Shown: one piece after another, positions 35,151-47,592 of the stretch
Layout of the letters: each line of letters starts with the position of its first letter
Position numbering within the stretch: position 1 is the stretch's first letter
DNA from: Mobula hypostoma
Taxonomy: Eukaryota
DNA: 64,000 bases
Assembly: GCF_963921235.1 (NCBI RefSeq)
Contig: NC_086108.1
Coordinates: 19,592,001-19,656,000, forward strand
Reading direction: 5' to 3'
The notes under the pieces: model-generated
The model's input: the letters and a program-made list of their open reading frames with translations, nothing else
Database searches by the model: none
Told to the model about the DNA's origin: nothing
Made by a program: the position numbers and the translations under genes

Positions 35151-36087
35151 CTGAACTAACCATAGAATTTGGCAGAGTCAAGGATGATCTATGAATAGGA
35201 AATTTCATTTCAAAATTCAAAGTAAATTTATTTTCAAAGTATACGTATGTCACCAAAGACAACCCTGAGATTCATTTTCTTGTGAGCATACTCAGTAAAT
35301 ATGCAACAGAGTAACAACCAGAACAGAATCAATAACAGACTGCACTAACTTGGGCATTCCATCCGTCTGTAAACTGTGCAAGTAAAAGAAGAAAGAAAGA
35401 ATAATAATAATTAATAAATGAGCAATAAATACGGAGAACATGAGATGACAAATTCTTGGAAGTGAGTCCATAGGTTGTGGGAACGTTTCAATGATGGGGC
35501 AAGTGAAGTTGAGTGAAGTTATCCCCTTCAGTTCAAGAGCCTGATGGTTGAAGGTTAATAACTGTCTCTGAACCTGGTGGTGTGAGCCCTGGTATTGTGA
35601 AGAGGCTACAATCAATTAAGGGTAATTTATCACATTGTTCGATTGCGTCAGGGACACTTGTCCAGTGAAGGATCACTGATACTACTCTCCTACTGATAGC
35701 TATTCCTCTGTGTAGCTGCTGTAGTGAAATGCCAACAGGGGATTTAGTTATGAAGACACTAGAAAGTCTGCATGTGCTGGATTTCTGAAGCAACACACAA
35801 AATCCCAGAGGAACTCAGCGGGTCATTCAATTGTGAACTTCTTAATAATTAACTTTAACTCAGTCTCAGATCCAAAGGTTGGTAGAATCTGCCTGGCTTC
35901 TTCTCTATTTCACCCCATGCTTGTCACGCTCACCCCATTACCTCTGAGCAACCACCACCCACTCTGGACCTGATATCAGTTCACAGATGCGGCATCTTTA
36001 CCATTGTGTTGACTGTGGACATGGGCAAACAATGGATTTGGGAGATTTCTTGGATGTGTTTTTGAGAAACAGGTCAGAATCTGCACC

Positions 36088-37497
36088 TCACAAACAAGAA
36101 AAAATCTGCAGAGGCTGGAAATCCAAGCAACACACACAAAATGCTGGGGGAACTCAGGAGGCCAGGCAGCACCTATGGAAAAGAGTACAGTCAACGTTTC
36201 GGGCTGAGACTCTTCATCAGGACTGGAGAAAAAAAGCTGAGAAGTCAGATTAAGAAGGTGGGGGGGGGGGAATGGAAGGAAGAAATACAAGGCAGTAAGT
36301 GATAGGTGAAACCAGGAGAGGGGGAGGGTGAAGTAAAGAGCTGGGAGGTTGATTGGTGAAAGATAAAGGGATAGAGAAGGGGGAATCTGATAAGAGATGA
36401 CAGAAGGCCATGGAAGAAAGGGAAGGGGAGGAGCACCAGAGGGAGGCGGTGGGTAAGTAAAGAGATCAAATGAGAGAGAGAAATGGGAATGAGGAGTGTT
36501 GAAGTGGGGGGAGGGGGCAATTACTGGAAGTTCAAGAAATCGATGTTCATGCCACCAGGTTGGAGGCTATCCAGATGGAATATAAGGTGTTGCTCCTCCA
36601 ACCTGAGTGTGGCTTCATCGCAACAGTAGAGGAGGCCATGGACTGATATGTTGGAATGGGAATGGGAAGTAGAATTGAAAGAGGTGGCCACTGGGATAAC
36701 CCACATTTTCAGGCGGATGCTCGGCAAAGTGGTCTCCCAATCTATGTCGGATCTCACTGATATACAGGATGCCACACCGTGAGCACCAGATACAGTAGAT
36801 GACCCCAACAGACAGGCAAAGAGTCACCTCACCTGGAAGGATTGTTTGGGGGCCTGAATGTAGTGAGAGAGAAGGTGTTGGGGCAGGTGTAGCACTTGTT
36901 CCCCCTACAAGGATAAGGGAATCGCATTGGAGTGATCACTGTGGAAAGCTTTCCACTTTCCACAAGGATTGCTCCCTATGTGACTTCCTTGTCCATTCGT
37001 CCCTCCCTGCTCATCTCCCTCCTGGTACTTATCCTTGCAAGCCACACTCAGGCTGGTGGAGCAACACTTTATATCCTATTTGGGTAGCTTCCAACCTTAT
37101 AGCATGAACATTGATTTCTCAAAATTTCGGTAATTGCACCCCCCTCTCCTTCACCACTCCCCATTCCTATCTCCCTCTCTCGCCTTATCTCTTCACCTGC
37201 CCATCACCTCCCTCTGGTGCTCCTCCCCTTCCTTTTCTTCCTTGGCCTTCAGCCCTCTCGGATTTCGCCTTCTCCAGCCCTTTATTTCTTTCACCAATTG
37301 ACTTCGCAGGTCTCTACTTCACCCCACCCAGTTTCACCTATCATCTACTACCTTGTGCTTCCTCCCCCATCTTCTTACTCGGACTTCTGATCTTTTTTCC
37401 AGTCTTGATGAAGGGTCTCGGCCCGAAACTTCAACTGTTTACTCTTTATCATAGATGCTGCCTGGTCTGCTGAGCTCCCCAATCATTTTGTGTGTGA
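36088..37497. mobile_element. Penelope composite: minus-strand copy (~36088-36920) and plus-strand copy (~36950-37497)
   Basis: VGVIYCIWCSRCGILYISE (GIY-YIG) on minus; second UTR with decayed hammerhead at ~37401-37436 on plus. Confidence 0.85.
36188..36225 (-). ncRNA. Hammerhead motif (core intact, GTT triplet, weakened stem II)
   Basis: Reverse complement cagtcCTGATGAagagtctcagcccGAAAcGTTgactg. Confidence 0.6.
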
Positions 37498-37679
37498 AAC
37501 TAATTGGATACTCTTCCCAAGTGATGGACACAAGGCAGGAGTGCCTTTATGGTGTCCTGTGTCTTAGAAATTGTTACTTCAGCTGAAACAACATTCTTTT
37601 TCATTGGTTTCGTAGTTTTCTCCTGTAAATATGATATGATAGACTGACCTTTCTGAACGTTGGAAAGACGGCATTTACC

Positions 37680-39623
37680 CACTATGTGCCACCTTTCCTA
37701 CACTGGGATCCGCTGCTTGCGCGATCCATGGGAGACTCATCTTTTACTCCGCCACTACCTCGGAAGAAGCGCCGGTGTCCTGGTGAGGCTGAGATGGCGT
37801 GCAAATCAACTGCCACTCCCTGGCATACTCCTGTTCAGTCCCTGCATAACAAGCTTTGTGAACTGAGAGCGAGAATCTCCTATCAGTGGGAAATAAGGGA
37901 ATGCAATGTTTTGTGCTTCGTGGAGACCTGGCTGATGGAGGAGATACTGGATCATGCCATCGAGCCCTCTGGGTTCTCCCTGTTCCGAGCAAACAGGTCA
38001 AAAAACCTCACTGGGAAGAGAAAAGGAGGAGTTTTATGCTTCATGGTCAACAATGCTTTGTGTAACCCCCAGAATGTGAATGCCCTCAAATCCTTTTGTT
38101 TCCCAGAACTGGAATACCTGGTGCTGCTGTGCAGATCTTACGGGCTGTCTAGGGAGTTCATGGCTGTTATCATCACAGCAGTGTACATTCTGCCACAGGC
38201 TGATACTGCCCTGGCTCTCAAGGAATTGTTTGAGACCATCAACACACTGGAGACTGCACACCCAGAGGCTGCCTTCACAATCGCCAGTGGCTTTAACTGA
38301 GCATCACTGACGAAAATCTCTCTGAAGTTTTGTCAGCACATCCAGGTGAGCACTTGTGGAGATAACACACTTGACCACTGCTACATTCCCTTCTGCAATG
38401 CTTACAAAGCTCTCCTTCGCCCAGCTTTTGGAAAATCAGATCACTCTTCGATCTTGCTTTTGCCGACGTACAGGCAGAAGCTGAAACAAGAGGCGGCCAT
38501 AGTTAAACCCGTCCACTGTTGGTCCGACCAATCGGACTCCATGCTGCACGACTGCTTCGACGACGTCGACTGGAATGTCTTCCATGATGAGGATGTCTCC
38601 AAATTCACTGATGGAGTCACATGCTTCATCTGGAAGTGCGTTGACGATGTTGTCCCCCAGAAGTCGGTCAGGGTCTTCCCGAACCAGAAACTCTGGATCA
38701 ATAGTTCCGTGCGAGCAGCACTTACAGCGCAACATCAAGCTTACATCGCTGGAGATCAACTGGAGCTGAAGAAAAGCAGCTATAATCTGCACAAAGCTAT
38801 CAAGGCTGTGAAACAACAATACAGGGACAAGATTGAGTCAACATTCACAATGAATAGCGCACGTGACTTGTGGCGAGGGCTGCATACCATCGCAGACTTC
38901 AAAGTCAAAAGTTATGGTGCTGCCAACATCGCGGCCTCTCTCCCAGATGAGCTCAATTGCTTTTATGCTCGGTTCAATGTCGCTAACTCTGAGCCTCCGA
39001 GGAAAGCCACTGCTACAGCCTGCAACCTGGGATGAGGTGTATAGATGTTTCCAACGAGTAGACCGTCGCAACGGTGCGGGACCGGACGGCATCCCAGGGA
39101 GAGTACTCAGGATGTGCAAAGCACAACTGGCAGGTGTGTTTACTGACATTTTTAATCTCTCCCTCTCCCAGTATAGAGTGCCCTGCTGCTTCAAATTATC
39201 CATCATTGTCCCTGTACCAAAAAAGACCAAGGTAACATGCTTGAACGACTGGTGGCCTTTCGCACTCACCTCAATAATAAACAAATGCTTTGAGAGGCTG
39301 GTCAAGGACTACACCTGCAGTTGCTACCATCCAAACTGGAGCCCCTACAATTCACCTACCGACACAACCGATCGACAGATGATGCAATAGCCACTGCTCT
39401 ACATACCATCCTTACACATCTCGAAAAGAAGGATGCTTCTGTGAGAATGCTGTTCTTGGACTACAGTTCAGCATTCAACACCATAGTTTCATCTAGGCTT
39501 GACAAGAAGCTCAGAGACCTCAGCCTTGACCCTGCCTTGTGCAGCTGGATACTGGACTTCCTGTCAGATCACCAGCAGGTGGTAAGAGTGGGCTCCCTCA
39601 CCTCTAACCCTCTGACTCTCAAT
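37680..39623 (+). mobile_element. Rex1/Babar LINE, APE and N-terminal RT, decayed
   Basis: [47 protein letters not shown]. Confidence 0.88.
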
Positions 39624-39880
39624 ACAGTGTGGAATAGGCCCTTCCAAGGTTTTGAGCCTCACTGCCCAGCAACCCCCGATTAACCCTCGCCTCATTATGC
39701 GACAATTTACAATGACCAATTAACCTAGTAACCAGTCTTTGGACTGTGGGAGGAAACCAGAGCACCCGGAGAAAACCCATGCGTATGACAGGAAGAAAGT
39801 ACAAACTTCTTATAGGTGACATCGGAATTGAACTCCGATCTCCGATTCCCCGAGCTGATCGCTGTACTACCATGGTGCTG
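39623..39880 (-). mobile_element. V-SINE
   Basis: tctttggactgtgggaggaaaccagagcacccggagaaaacccatgcg = reverse complement of the V-domain; B-box-like ggaattgaactc. Confidence 0.75.
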
Positions 39881-39994
39881 AAATATCGCGTGTCATGAGC
39901 TGATAGGCACCAGCTCAGCACGGCGTGAGGACTGAATCTGTGCTAACTGGGGCTGCAATTTACTGTCTACCTCTGTCAACTCTAAATATGAAAT

Positions 39995-40810
39995 GAGGTG
40001 CACCTCAGGGCTGTGTGCTTTGCCCCCTAAGCATAGCTCCAATGCCATATTCAAGTTTGCTGACAACCCTGCTAATGTTGGCCGAATCAGAGCTGATGAT
40101 TGACTTCAGGAGGAGGAAACCAGAGGTCCATTAGCCAGTCCTCAATGGGGGATCAGAGGAGGTGGAGAGGGTCAGCAACTTTAAATTCCTTGGTCCTGGG
40201 CCCCAGCACGTAAGTGCCATTATGAAGAAAGCATGGTAGCACCTTAGAAGTTTGTGAAGATTCAGCATGTCACCTAAAACCTTGACAAACTTCTATTGAT
40301 GTGTAGTGGAGAGTATACTGACAGGCTGCACCACAGTCTGGTATGGAAACACCAAAACCCTCCCGACCATTGAGCACATCTATATGAAGCATTATCACAG
40401 GAAAGCAGCATCCATCATCAAGGACTTGTACCACCCAGGATATGCTCTCTTCTCACTACTGCCTTCAGGAAGAAGGTACAGGAGACCCAGGACTCACACC
40501 ATCAGGCTCTTGAATCAGAGGGGATAACTTTACTCGCCCATCACTGAAATGCTCCCACACCTATGTGATTCACTTTCTGGGATTCTTCACCTCATGTTCT
40601 CGATATTTTTTGATAATTTATTATTTTTTTCTTTTTATATTTGCACAATTTGTAGTCATTTGCACATTCGTTGTTTGTCCACCTGGTTGAGTGTGGTCTT
40701 TCATTAATCCTATTGTGGCTATTGGATTTATTGAGTACGTATTGCCATAAGAAAACGGATCTCATGGTTGTATATATTGATATATATGTACTTTGATAAT
40801 AAATTTACTT
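39995..40810 (+). mobile_element. Rex1/Babar LINE 3' part, heavily deleted
   Basis: GAPQGCVL, ESILTGCTTVWYGN, LFSLLPSGRRYR; 3' end ctttgataataaatttacttt. Confidence 0.8.
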
Positions 40811-40895
40811 TCTATTTTGGTTGAGCACCTCCACCTTTGGCGTCATTCCATGAGCCAGAAGGAATGGGAAGGGAAAATTTGGTAAAACGCAATGA

Positions 40896-40927
40896 TACAC
40901 CCCCTAGTGGCTAAATGTGGAACAACA
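40896..40927 (-). promoter_or_regulatory. Candidate CTCF site with upstream module
   Basis: Minus strand tgttgttccacatttAGCCACTAGGGGGTGTA, close to the CCACNAGGGGGCG core plus a TGYAGTTCC-like upstream motif. Confidence 0.5.
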
Positions 40928-41212
40928 GTGGAGTTTGCTTTCATTCTCTGCTTTCAATTATTGCAATGCACAATATCAACTGTCCAACTGGAATGTAAAT
41001 TAGTTTTTATTGAGTTACAGCTTTTATTTTTCAAAATTCAAAAAAGCATTTCTGAGATGTGGGCGTGACTGCATGGCCAGTGTTATATGCTTTTCCTGAG
41101 AACTCAGTGGAGAGATAGCAGCTGCAGTTAGGATCAGATACATGTGGGCCAGACTAGCTTGTGGGTGGTAGGTTAATTTCTTTTTAGGATATTGGTCAAC
41201 CAATTGAAATTT

Positions 41213-42028
41213 GGACGAACCAAAAGGTCAGACCAGTTACGCTCACAGATCTCGATTTTGCAGATGACATAGTCCTGCTCTCTGACCAGATGGAGGAAGC
41301 ACAGCAGTTACTGACAAAAGTGGAAATTGAGTGCAATAAAGTTGGACTTCACCTAAACACTAAAAAGACAGAGTACATGGCGTTTAACTGCGATGAAAGC
41401 ACTCTCAAGTCCGTAAAGAATGATACCATTAAGAAAGTCTTTGACTACAAGTACCTCGGGTCAAGAATGATGAGTTCAGAGGAGGACATAAAGATACGGA
41501 AGGTGCTGGCGTGGAGGGCTATGAATGACATGAAGGAAATCTGGAAGTTGAACCTAACCAGAGGGCTTAAAAAGAGAAAGAGGATCTTCATAGCAGTCAC
41601 AGAGTCCATTTTCATGTTCGGATGCGAGACGTGAGCACTCACCAAGACAATGCGAAAGTCTCTAGATGGTTGCTATACACGAATGCTCCGGATGGCTCTT
41701 GACTTGAGTTGGCAATAGCACATGACGAATGTTGAGCTCTATAAAGACCTACTGATGCTCACCACTAAAATCGAGGCGAAAAGACTGCAACTAGCGGGGC
41801 ACTGTTTACGCCACCCTGAGCTACCTGCCAGCCTAGTCATCATATGGGAGCCCAAGCATGGGAGGATGAACCCTGGGCGCCCTCTCAAGACTATGGTCAA
41901 CACGCTCCGAGAAGACAGCGACGCGGCTAATGTAGATGAACTGAACATACTGATGAGGGAGAGGGAGAAGTGGGTATGTCATCATGCCCAATGCCGGCCC
42001 CCTCGGCCTGAGTCGATGTAGTAGTAGT
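41213..42028 (+). mobile_element. RTE-clade LINE 3' fragment (different family from 3383-8088)
   Basis: LTDLDFADDIVLL, VGLHLNTKKTEYM, YKYLGS, RLQLAGHC.RH; (gta)n tail; TSD aattgaaattt at 41202-41212 and 42029-42039. Confidence 0.88.
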
Positions 42029-43649
42029 AATTGAAATTTCATTAAACTAGCACGTGCGATATGCATTCAGAATTTAAAGTAAAGATTTTTTTCTTTCTCT
42101 CTATCGAGTAGTCTAGTACCATACCGTTGTGCTTAGGTTTTGGACCTCAACACACATTGCTTCCTCCCTTCTACAGGAAATTGAAAGTGTGCATCTGTAT
42201 ATGTGCACATGTGGTAAAAGAGGTAAAAAATCATTGATCTTGACAAGCTGATACATTTCAAAGCAAATGGCTGTGACTACTGGAGGCTGCAGTAGCAAGT
42301 GGTTAATGTGACAGTGCAGATGTTGGTGTCAGTGAGGTCCAGGTGCAAGGAGGATGTGGACTTCAGAGGACAGCCACGGTATACCCTCCATCACAAGCAA
42401 TGTTTGCTAATGCTTGTGGCAACAATTAGGTGGAAGTTGTTGGGAACATGGCCAAGAGGTGGAGAGCAGTGGAAGGTACAGTGGGGGAGCAGTGAGAGTT
42501 CTTGTGGAACTCCCATTGGAGAGAAGATGAAAACCTCTTTAAACTTGGTGTACCTTGTAGAAACTTTGCAGAAGAGTAGTGCAGCAGAGCTGCAAGAGAC
42601 TGCAGCTGCTGGAAGTATACCAGAACTCTGGATCCTGTTTCTGGCTGCACACCCACCCTTGTTTCTGAGCCCGTGTGTTCTGAACCCCAATCCTGGCTCC
42701 ACCCACATACAACCTGCCCACAGTCTGGCCTCTGGACTCAGCCACACTCCCAATCCTTAACAACTGGCACACACAAATTTCCATTCTGTTTATGGCAGAA
42801 CATTGAGAGAGCAAGATGCTGATCCACCAGGATTCCTGAAGAATCAGATGCCGAATTACTGGATTTTCACTAAATTCTAGCGGCCTGGTCACAGCAAAAA
42901 TAAACGATGGTTGATCTTCTGCGGTTCCTTATGAACTTCAAATTGCCTGTCACGTCTCTATATCAGAAAGTTTGTGAGCAGAATGAGTGAGGAAGTGTAC
43001 TGCAGTATTTTTAACATTAAACCGAATTCAGCCAATTCTTGCCCTGGTAGCATGATACCAGGAATTAATTTCCTGCAACTCCTTGCAAGTTACCCAAGAA
43101 TGAACTTGTATTTTTACCAGGTAGTCGGTCACTTGGCAAAATTGAGTGTAAGTGGCGGCCAGCTTGCGGTAAGGAAGATCTCAGCAGACCCATGGGATGG
43201 AATGATGTTTCCACTGCAGACAGGGCACTTACTGGTTATTTTGACTGCATCAATGAAGACCTTCTAAAGATACCGGGAGACAGAAACGTGGCATCCTCTT
43301 CTACCGCCTCTAATGTTGAGGATACAGTGGTGCGCGGCAGAGTTTTGATAGGTCGGGGGCAGTGGAGGTTAAACGTCGTGCAGACCTGCTCTCACCATGC
43401 TGAAGAGTGCGACCGATTTGTCACTTTAGCGGCGAAGCTACAACAGGTTTACTTGCACAAACTGTCAGATACATCAGCACGTCACAGAATAATATACTCG
43501 TACTATAGTGAGATACTCCCCGGCACTGAAGAGAGCTAACAATGCAGTGTTTCACTCTCCAGAAAGATAGATCAAACTCTGCTGGACAGAGCAGCTGACA
43601 CGACTTTGTCCAACAGACTTGCTTTCATTCTGAAATACTTTACACACTC

Positions 43650-44700
43650 ACGGGAAACTTAACTTTAAAACAGAAGGAAATACCTCCGCTCCGACAAAAA
43701 AAAAGAATTCGGCGGTGGGGGTGGAGTTGTTGAGAAAGGAGGCTAAATAGTCCCTGTTGTGTGTCAGAGAGGCGATTAGTGGAAAGCAGTTGATCGGGTT
43801 GAGGGGAAGCTCGGAGTGGGATTGAGTACCAGGCGGCGGAAGGGGAAAGGGGTGGTGTGGGGAGGGGCTGCTGCGGCCGCGGAGGTGGAGGAGGAGTGCG
43901 CGCGGGTGACGCGGCCGCCAGAAAGTTACTCCGAGTTCCAATGTCGGCAACATTGTAGCAGGGGCGGGTTTGTGGCCGCTGGTGCCCGGCAACTCGACTT
44001 TCTCCGGACTCGCTCACCTTATTCCCCAGCTGGCTTATATGAGGATTCTTACTCGGAGGGAGCTGCTGAGAGATGGGAGCCGGCCGGCTTTGGAGCCACT
44101 TTTGGGGCGTGCTGGGGGTGACTGCTGTCTGTACAGGTCAGTAGGCAAGGAGCTAGGGCTGGGGTGGTGGGTTGCTTGAGCGGCTTGAAAATGGGGCAAC
44201 AGGTCAGGATCTGATTTCAGGTGGCCAAGTGTTGTTTGAAGCACGGCCTTTCGCCAGCCTCCTTGCATCTTGTCCGGTTCCCTCTTCTCAAACAAACTTC
44301 TGACAGATTTCCATCGCGAGAACGTGGGTTCTCAGTGAACGGTGGTGGTGTGAAGAGAAGGCAGATTCGCGTCTCCCATACTGTATTGTGGCCCGTGTGA
44401 GCGCTTAAAATAGAAACGGCAAACTTTTCTGATTGAACGCCGCAACATCGCTAGTTTTTTTTCGGTGCCCGGGATTTTGTACAACGACTCTCTTCATCCC
44501 CCCCCCCCCACTTTCACTGAGGGGAGATTCCATTCACTCCTTCCAACCAGCGGTGGAGGCATTGAGTTTGTTTGCCTCTTCCCTCCACTTAGTAAAACCT
44601 TCTGTAACAAATTCTGGTCAACTAAATTGAATTTCGTCACCGGGTTCTCCATCTTAAAACTCTGCCGCAGATCCCGGGGAGTAAATAAAATAAGTTTGCG
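43650..44700 (+). promoter_or_regulatory. CpG-rich promoter / first-exon region of a host gene
   Basis: Dense CpG in non-repeat sequence (gcggccgc twice, gcgcgcgg), GC-box ggggcggg at ~43961, followed by an ATG and a splice donor. Confidence 0.75.
44073..44136 (+). CDS. Probable first coding exon encoding a signal peptide (MGAGRLWSHFWGVLGVTAVCT-G), phase-1 intron; secreted or type-I membrane protein, identity unknown
   Basis: Good Kozak context (gagATGg), hydrophobic 21-aa leader, donor CAG|GTCAGT at 44136/44137, inside the CpG-rich region. Confidence 0.65.
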
Positions 44701-45934
44701 CTTAGAGGAGTGGATCCCACTAGTGTTACCGTGGAGTATATGCCCCCTCTCTCCTTTCCTTCACTTTTCTCTGCTGTTTTGTTTCTTTGCGCTGTTAAAC
44801 TCGTGGAGTTTGTCGTAGACTTGGCACTACTTGCACGGCGAAATAAGTTTAAAAAGTGGTTTCAAATCTGGATTCAGCCTGTGTCGGTTTGCAGGGGGCT
44901 CTTTCCCCTCCCCCGCTTCCCCTCCGTGATTTTTTTTGGGATAAGGAAAGCTAGTTTTAAAAAGTTCGACGAATGGTATCGTCAACGTCAGGAAAGGAAC
45001 TGAAAGATCACACGGTAGAAATGACAACGTGGAAACTTTTTTAGTCAAAACCCCGGTGATTCATATTTACGCGGAACTGGTGTGTTGGGACCTTGTTTTT
45101 TAAAAACTGGAAGAAAAAACCTTTGCAGTTGTTTCTGTCGTGATTGGTCTGCAGAAAAATCGATTCATTAGTAGTGAACTTTGTAATCTTTGTTTTAAAA
45201 AATGAATGAACGCTCAGCATTTGTATCACAATTCAATGGAGAAAGTTGTATCTCCCTTGTTTTTACATTGGGGTAATACCTGGTTGGAGGGAACAGTGTG
45301 AAGTTCATGGTTTGGCTGCATGAGGCTTCAGCTGTGTCGGTTTGATACGTTCCGATGCTATTGATTCGGCACACCCGCACACATGACATAAGTAGACAGC
45401 GACACTGATTTCACTTTGTTACAACGTGTGCGCACTCCAACGTTAAACTGTTCGGTGTTAACTTCGAAAAGTGTCCCAAGGGAGAAGGGAACTATGTAAA
45501 TTAAAGTATGTATTTGTGGAAACTCCCCAAGGCTTACCAGTAAATGCTCCATTCAGAGCAAAATTTATATTTTAAAAAAAGTCTTCGTATCGCCTCAGTA
45601 CGTCATTGGAGTGTGTTGTGGGACTTCACATGATTTCCTTTAAAGTTTGGTCAGTGTTGTATATCCTTGTTTTGGGAGCACTATGCCACACTTGGTGATT
45701 AATAGCCCTTGGTATAACGGTGTTACGTGTATCATCATAACAGTCACCAGAATAAGGGTTTGGCTCTGACTGACATTATTTCAAGATGAAGTGGGACTAA
45801 AGGAATTCTAAACAGTTGGAGAATAATACTGCAGGGAACGAGGCCCCTCTGCCCAGCTTGTACATGCTGACCAAAATGCTGATGTAAGCTTGTCCTATTT
45901 GCCCATATCCCTCTAAAACATTTGGAATTCATGC

Positions 45935-47592
45935 TAAAAAGAGGGCATATAATTGAGCAAAAATTAGTGAGAAGTTAGAGGATTGGAAAATTTTGTTAAA
46001 ACCACCAGAAGGCAACTAAAAGTCATTAAGAAGGTGAAAATGGAATAGTAAGTTAGCTAGTCAATAATATTAAAGAGGAAACCAGAACTTTTGTCAGATA
46101 CACAAAGTATAAAAAGGCAAGAGTGGATATCAACCACTGGAAAAATATGCTGGACAGGTAGTAATGGGGGACAATGGTTTACAAACTGAATAAATATTTT
46201 GCATCAGTCTTCACTGGAAGACAGTGCAGTATGGTGAAAGTTCCAGGTGTCAGTGGTCAAGGTTGTGAAGGCATTAGTAATAATCTTTCAATAATCATTA
46301 GATTCTGGAATGGTTCCAGAAGTCTGAGAAATTGCAAATGTCACTCCAGTCTTGAAGAAGAGAAAGAGGCAGAAGAAAGGAAACTATAGGTCTGACCTCA
46401 GTGGTTTGAAAGATGTTGGAGTCAATTATTAAGGATGATGTCTCGGGGTACTTGGAGGCACAGGATAAAATAGGCTGTAGTCAGCATGGTTTCCTCAAAG
46501 GAAAATCTTGCCTAGCAAATCTTTTGGAATTCTTTGAAGAAATTATAAGTAGGATAGACAACCTCAGTTGTTGTGTTCTTGGATTTTCAGAAGGCCTTTA
46601 ACAAGATGCCACACATGAGGCTGCTTAATAAGCTATGAGCCCATGGTATTACAGGAAATATTTTAGCATGGATAAATCTGTGAATGATTGGCAGGAGGCA
46701 AGAAGTGGGAATAAAGGGAGCCTTTTCTGGCTGGCTGCCGGTAACTAGGGGTGTTCCACTGGGGACTGTTTTAGGACTGATTCTTTTCAGTTATATGTTA
46801 ATGATTTGGATGATGGAATTGATGGCTTTGTTGCAAAGTTTGCAGATGATAGGTGGGGGGGGTAGGTAGTTGTGAGGAAATAGAGGCTACAGAAGGACAG
46901 ACAGATTTCATAACTGGAGTGAAAATTCAAAAAACTTGGGAGTCCTTATGCAGGATTCCCTGTAGTTTGGTTTACAGGTTGAGACAGTGCTGAGGAAAGC
47001 AAGTGCAACGTTAGCATTCATTTTGAGAGGACTAGAATGTAAAAGCAAAGATGTAATGTTGAGGCTTCATAAAGCACTGGTGAGGCCTCACTTGGAGTGT
47101 TGTGAGCAGTTTTCGGCCCTTTAATCTTAGAAACTGGAGAGTGTTCAAAGGAGGTTCACGAAATTTATTCCAGGATTGAATGGTTTGTCATATGAAGAGT
47201 GTTTGACAGCTCTGGGCCTGTAGTCACTAGAATCAGAAGAATGAGGGGTGACCTCATTGAAACCTATCAAAAGGTGAAAAGGTGGGAGAGTCTAAGACCA
47301 GAGGACACAGCCTCAGGGGCATCCTTTTAGAATGGAGTTGAGGAGGAATTCCTTTAGCCAATGAGTGGTGAATCTGTGGAATTCTTTGCTACAGGCAGCT
47401 GTGAAGGGCAAATCATTATGCATATTTAAGACAGGTTGATAGCTTCTTGATTAGTCAGGTCATGAAGGGATATGGGGAGAAGACAGGAGATTGGGGCTGA
47501 GAGGAAAATTGGATCAATCTTGATTAAATGGCAGAGCAGACTCGATGGGCCAAATTGCCTAATTCTGCTCCTATATCTCATGGTCTTATAGT
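45935..47592 (+). mobile_element. CR1 LINE ORF2 remnant, decayed
   Basis: LNKYFASVFT, SQHGFLKGKSCLANLLEFFE, GWLPVTRGVP; CR1 3' UTR to ~47590. Confidence 0.85.

Noticed and set aside
43970..44179. ORF starting MWPLV, reminiscent of the CD47 leader
   Set aside because: It starts at TTG and the rest is not a signal peptide; coincidence
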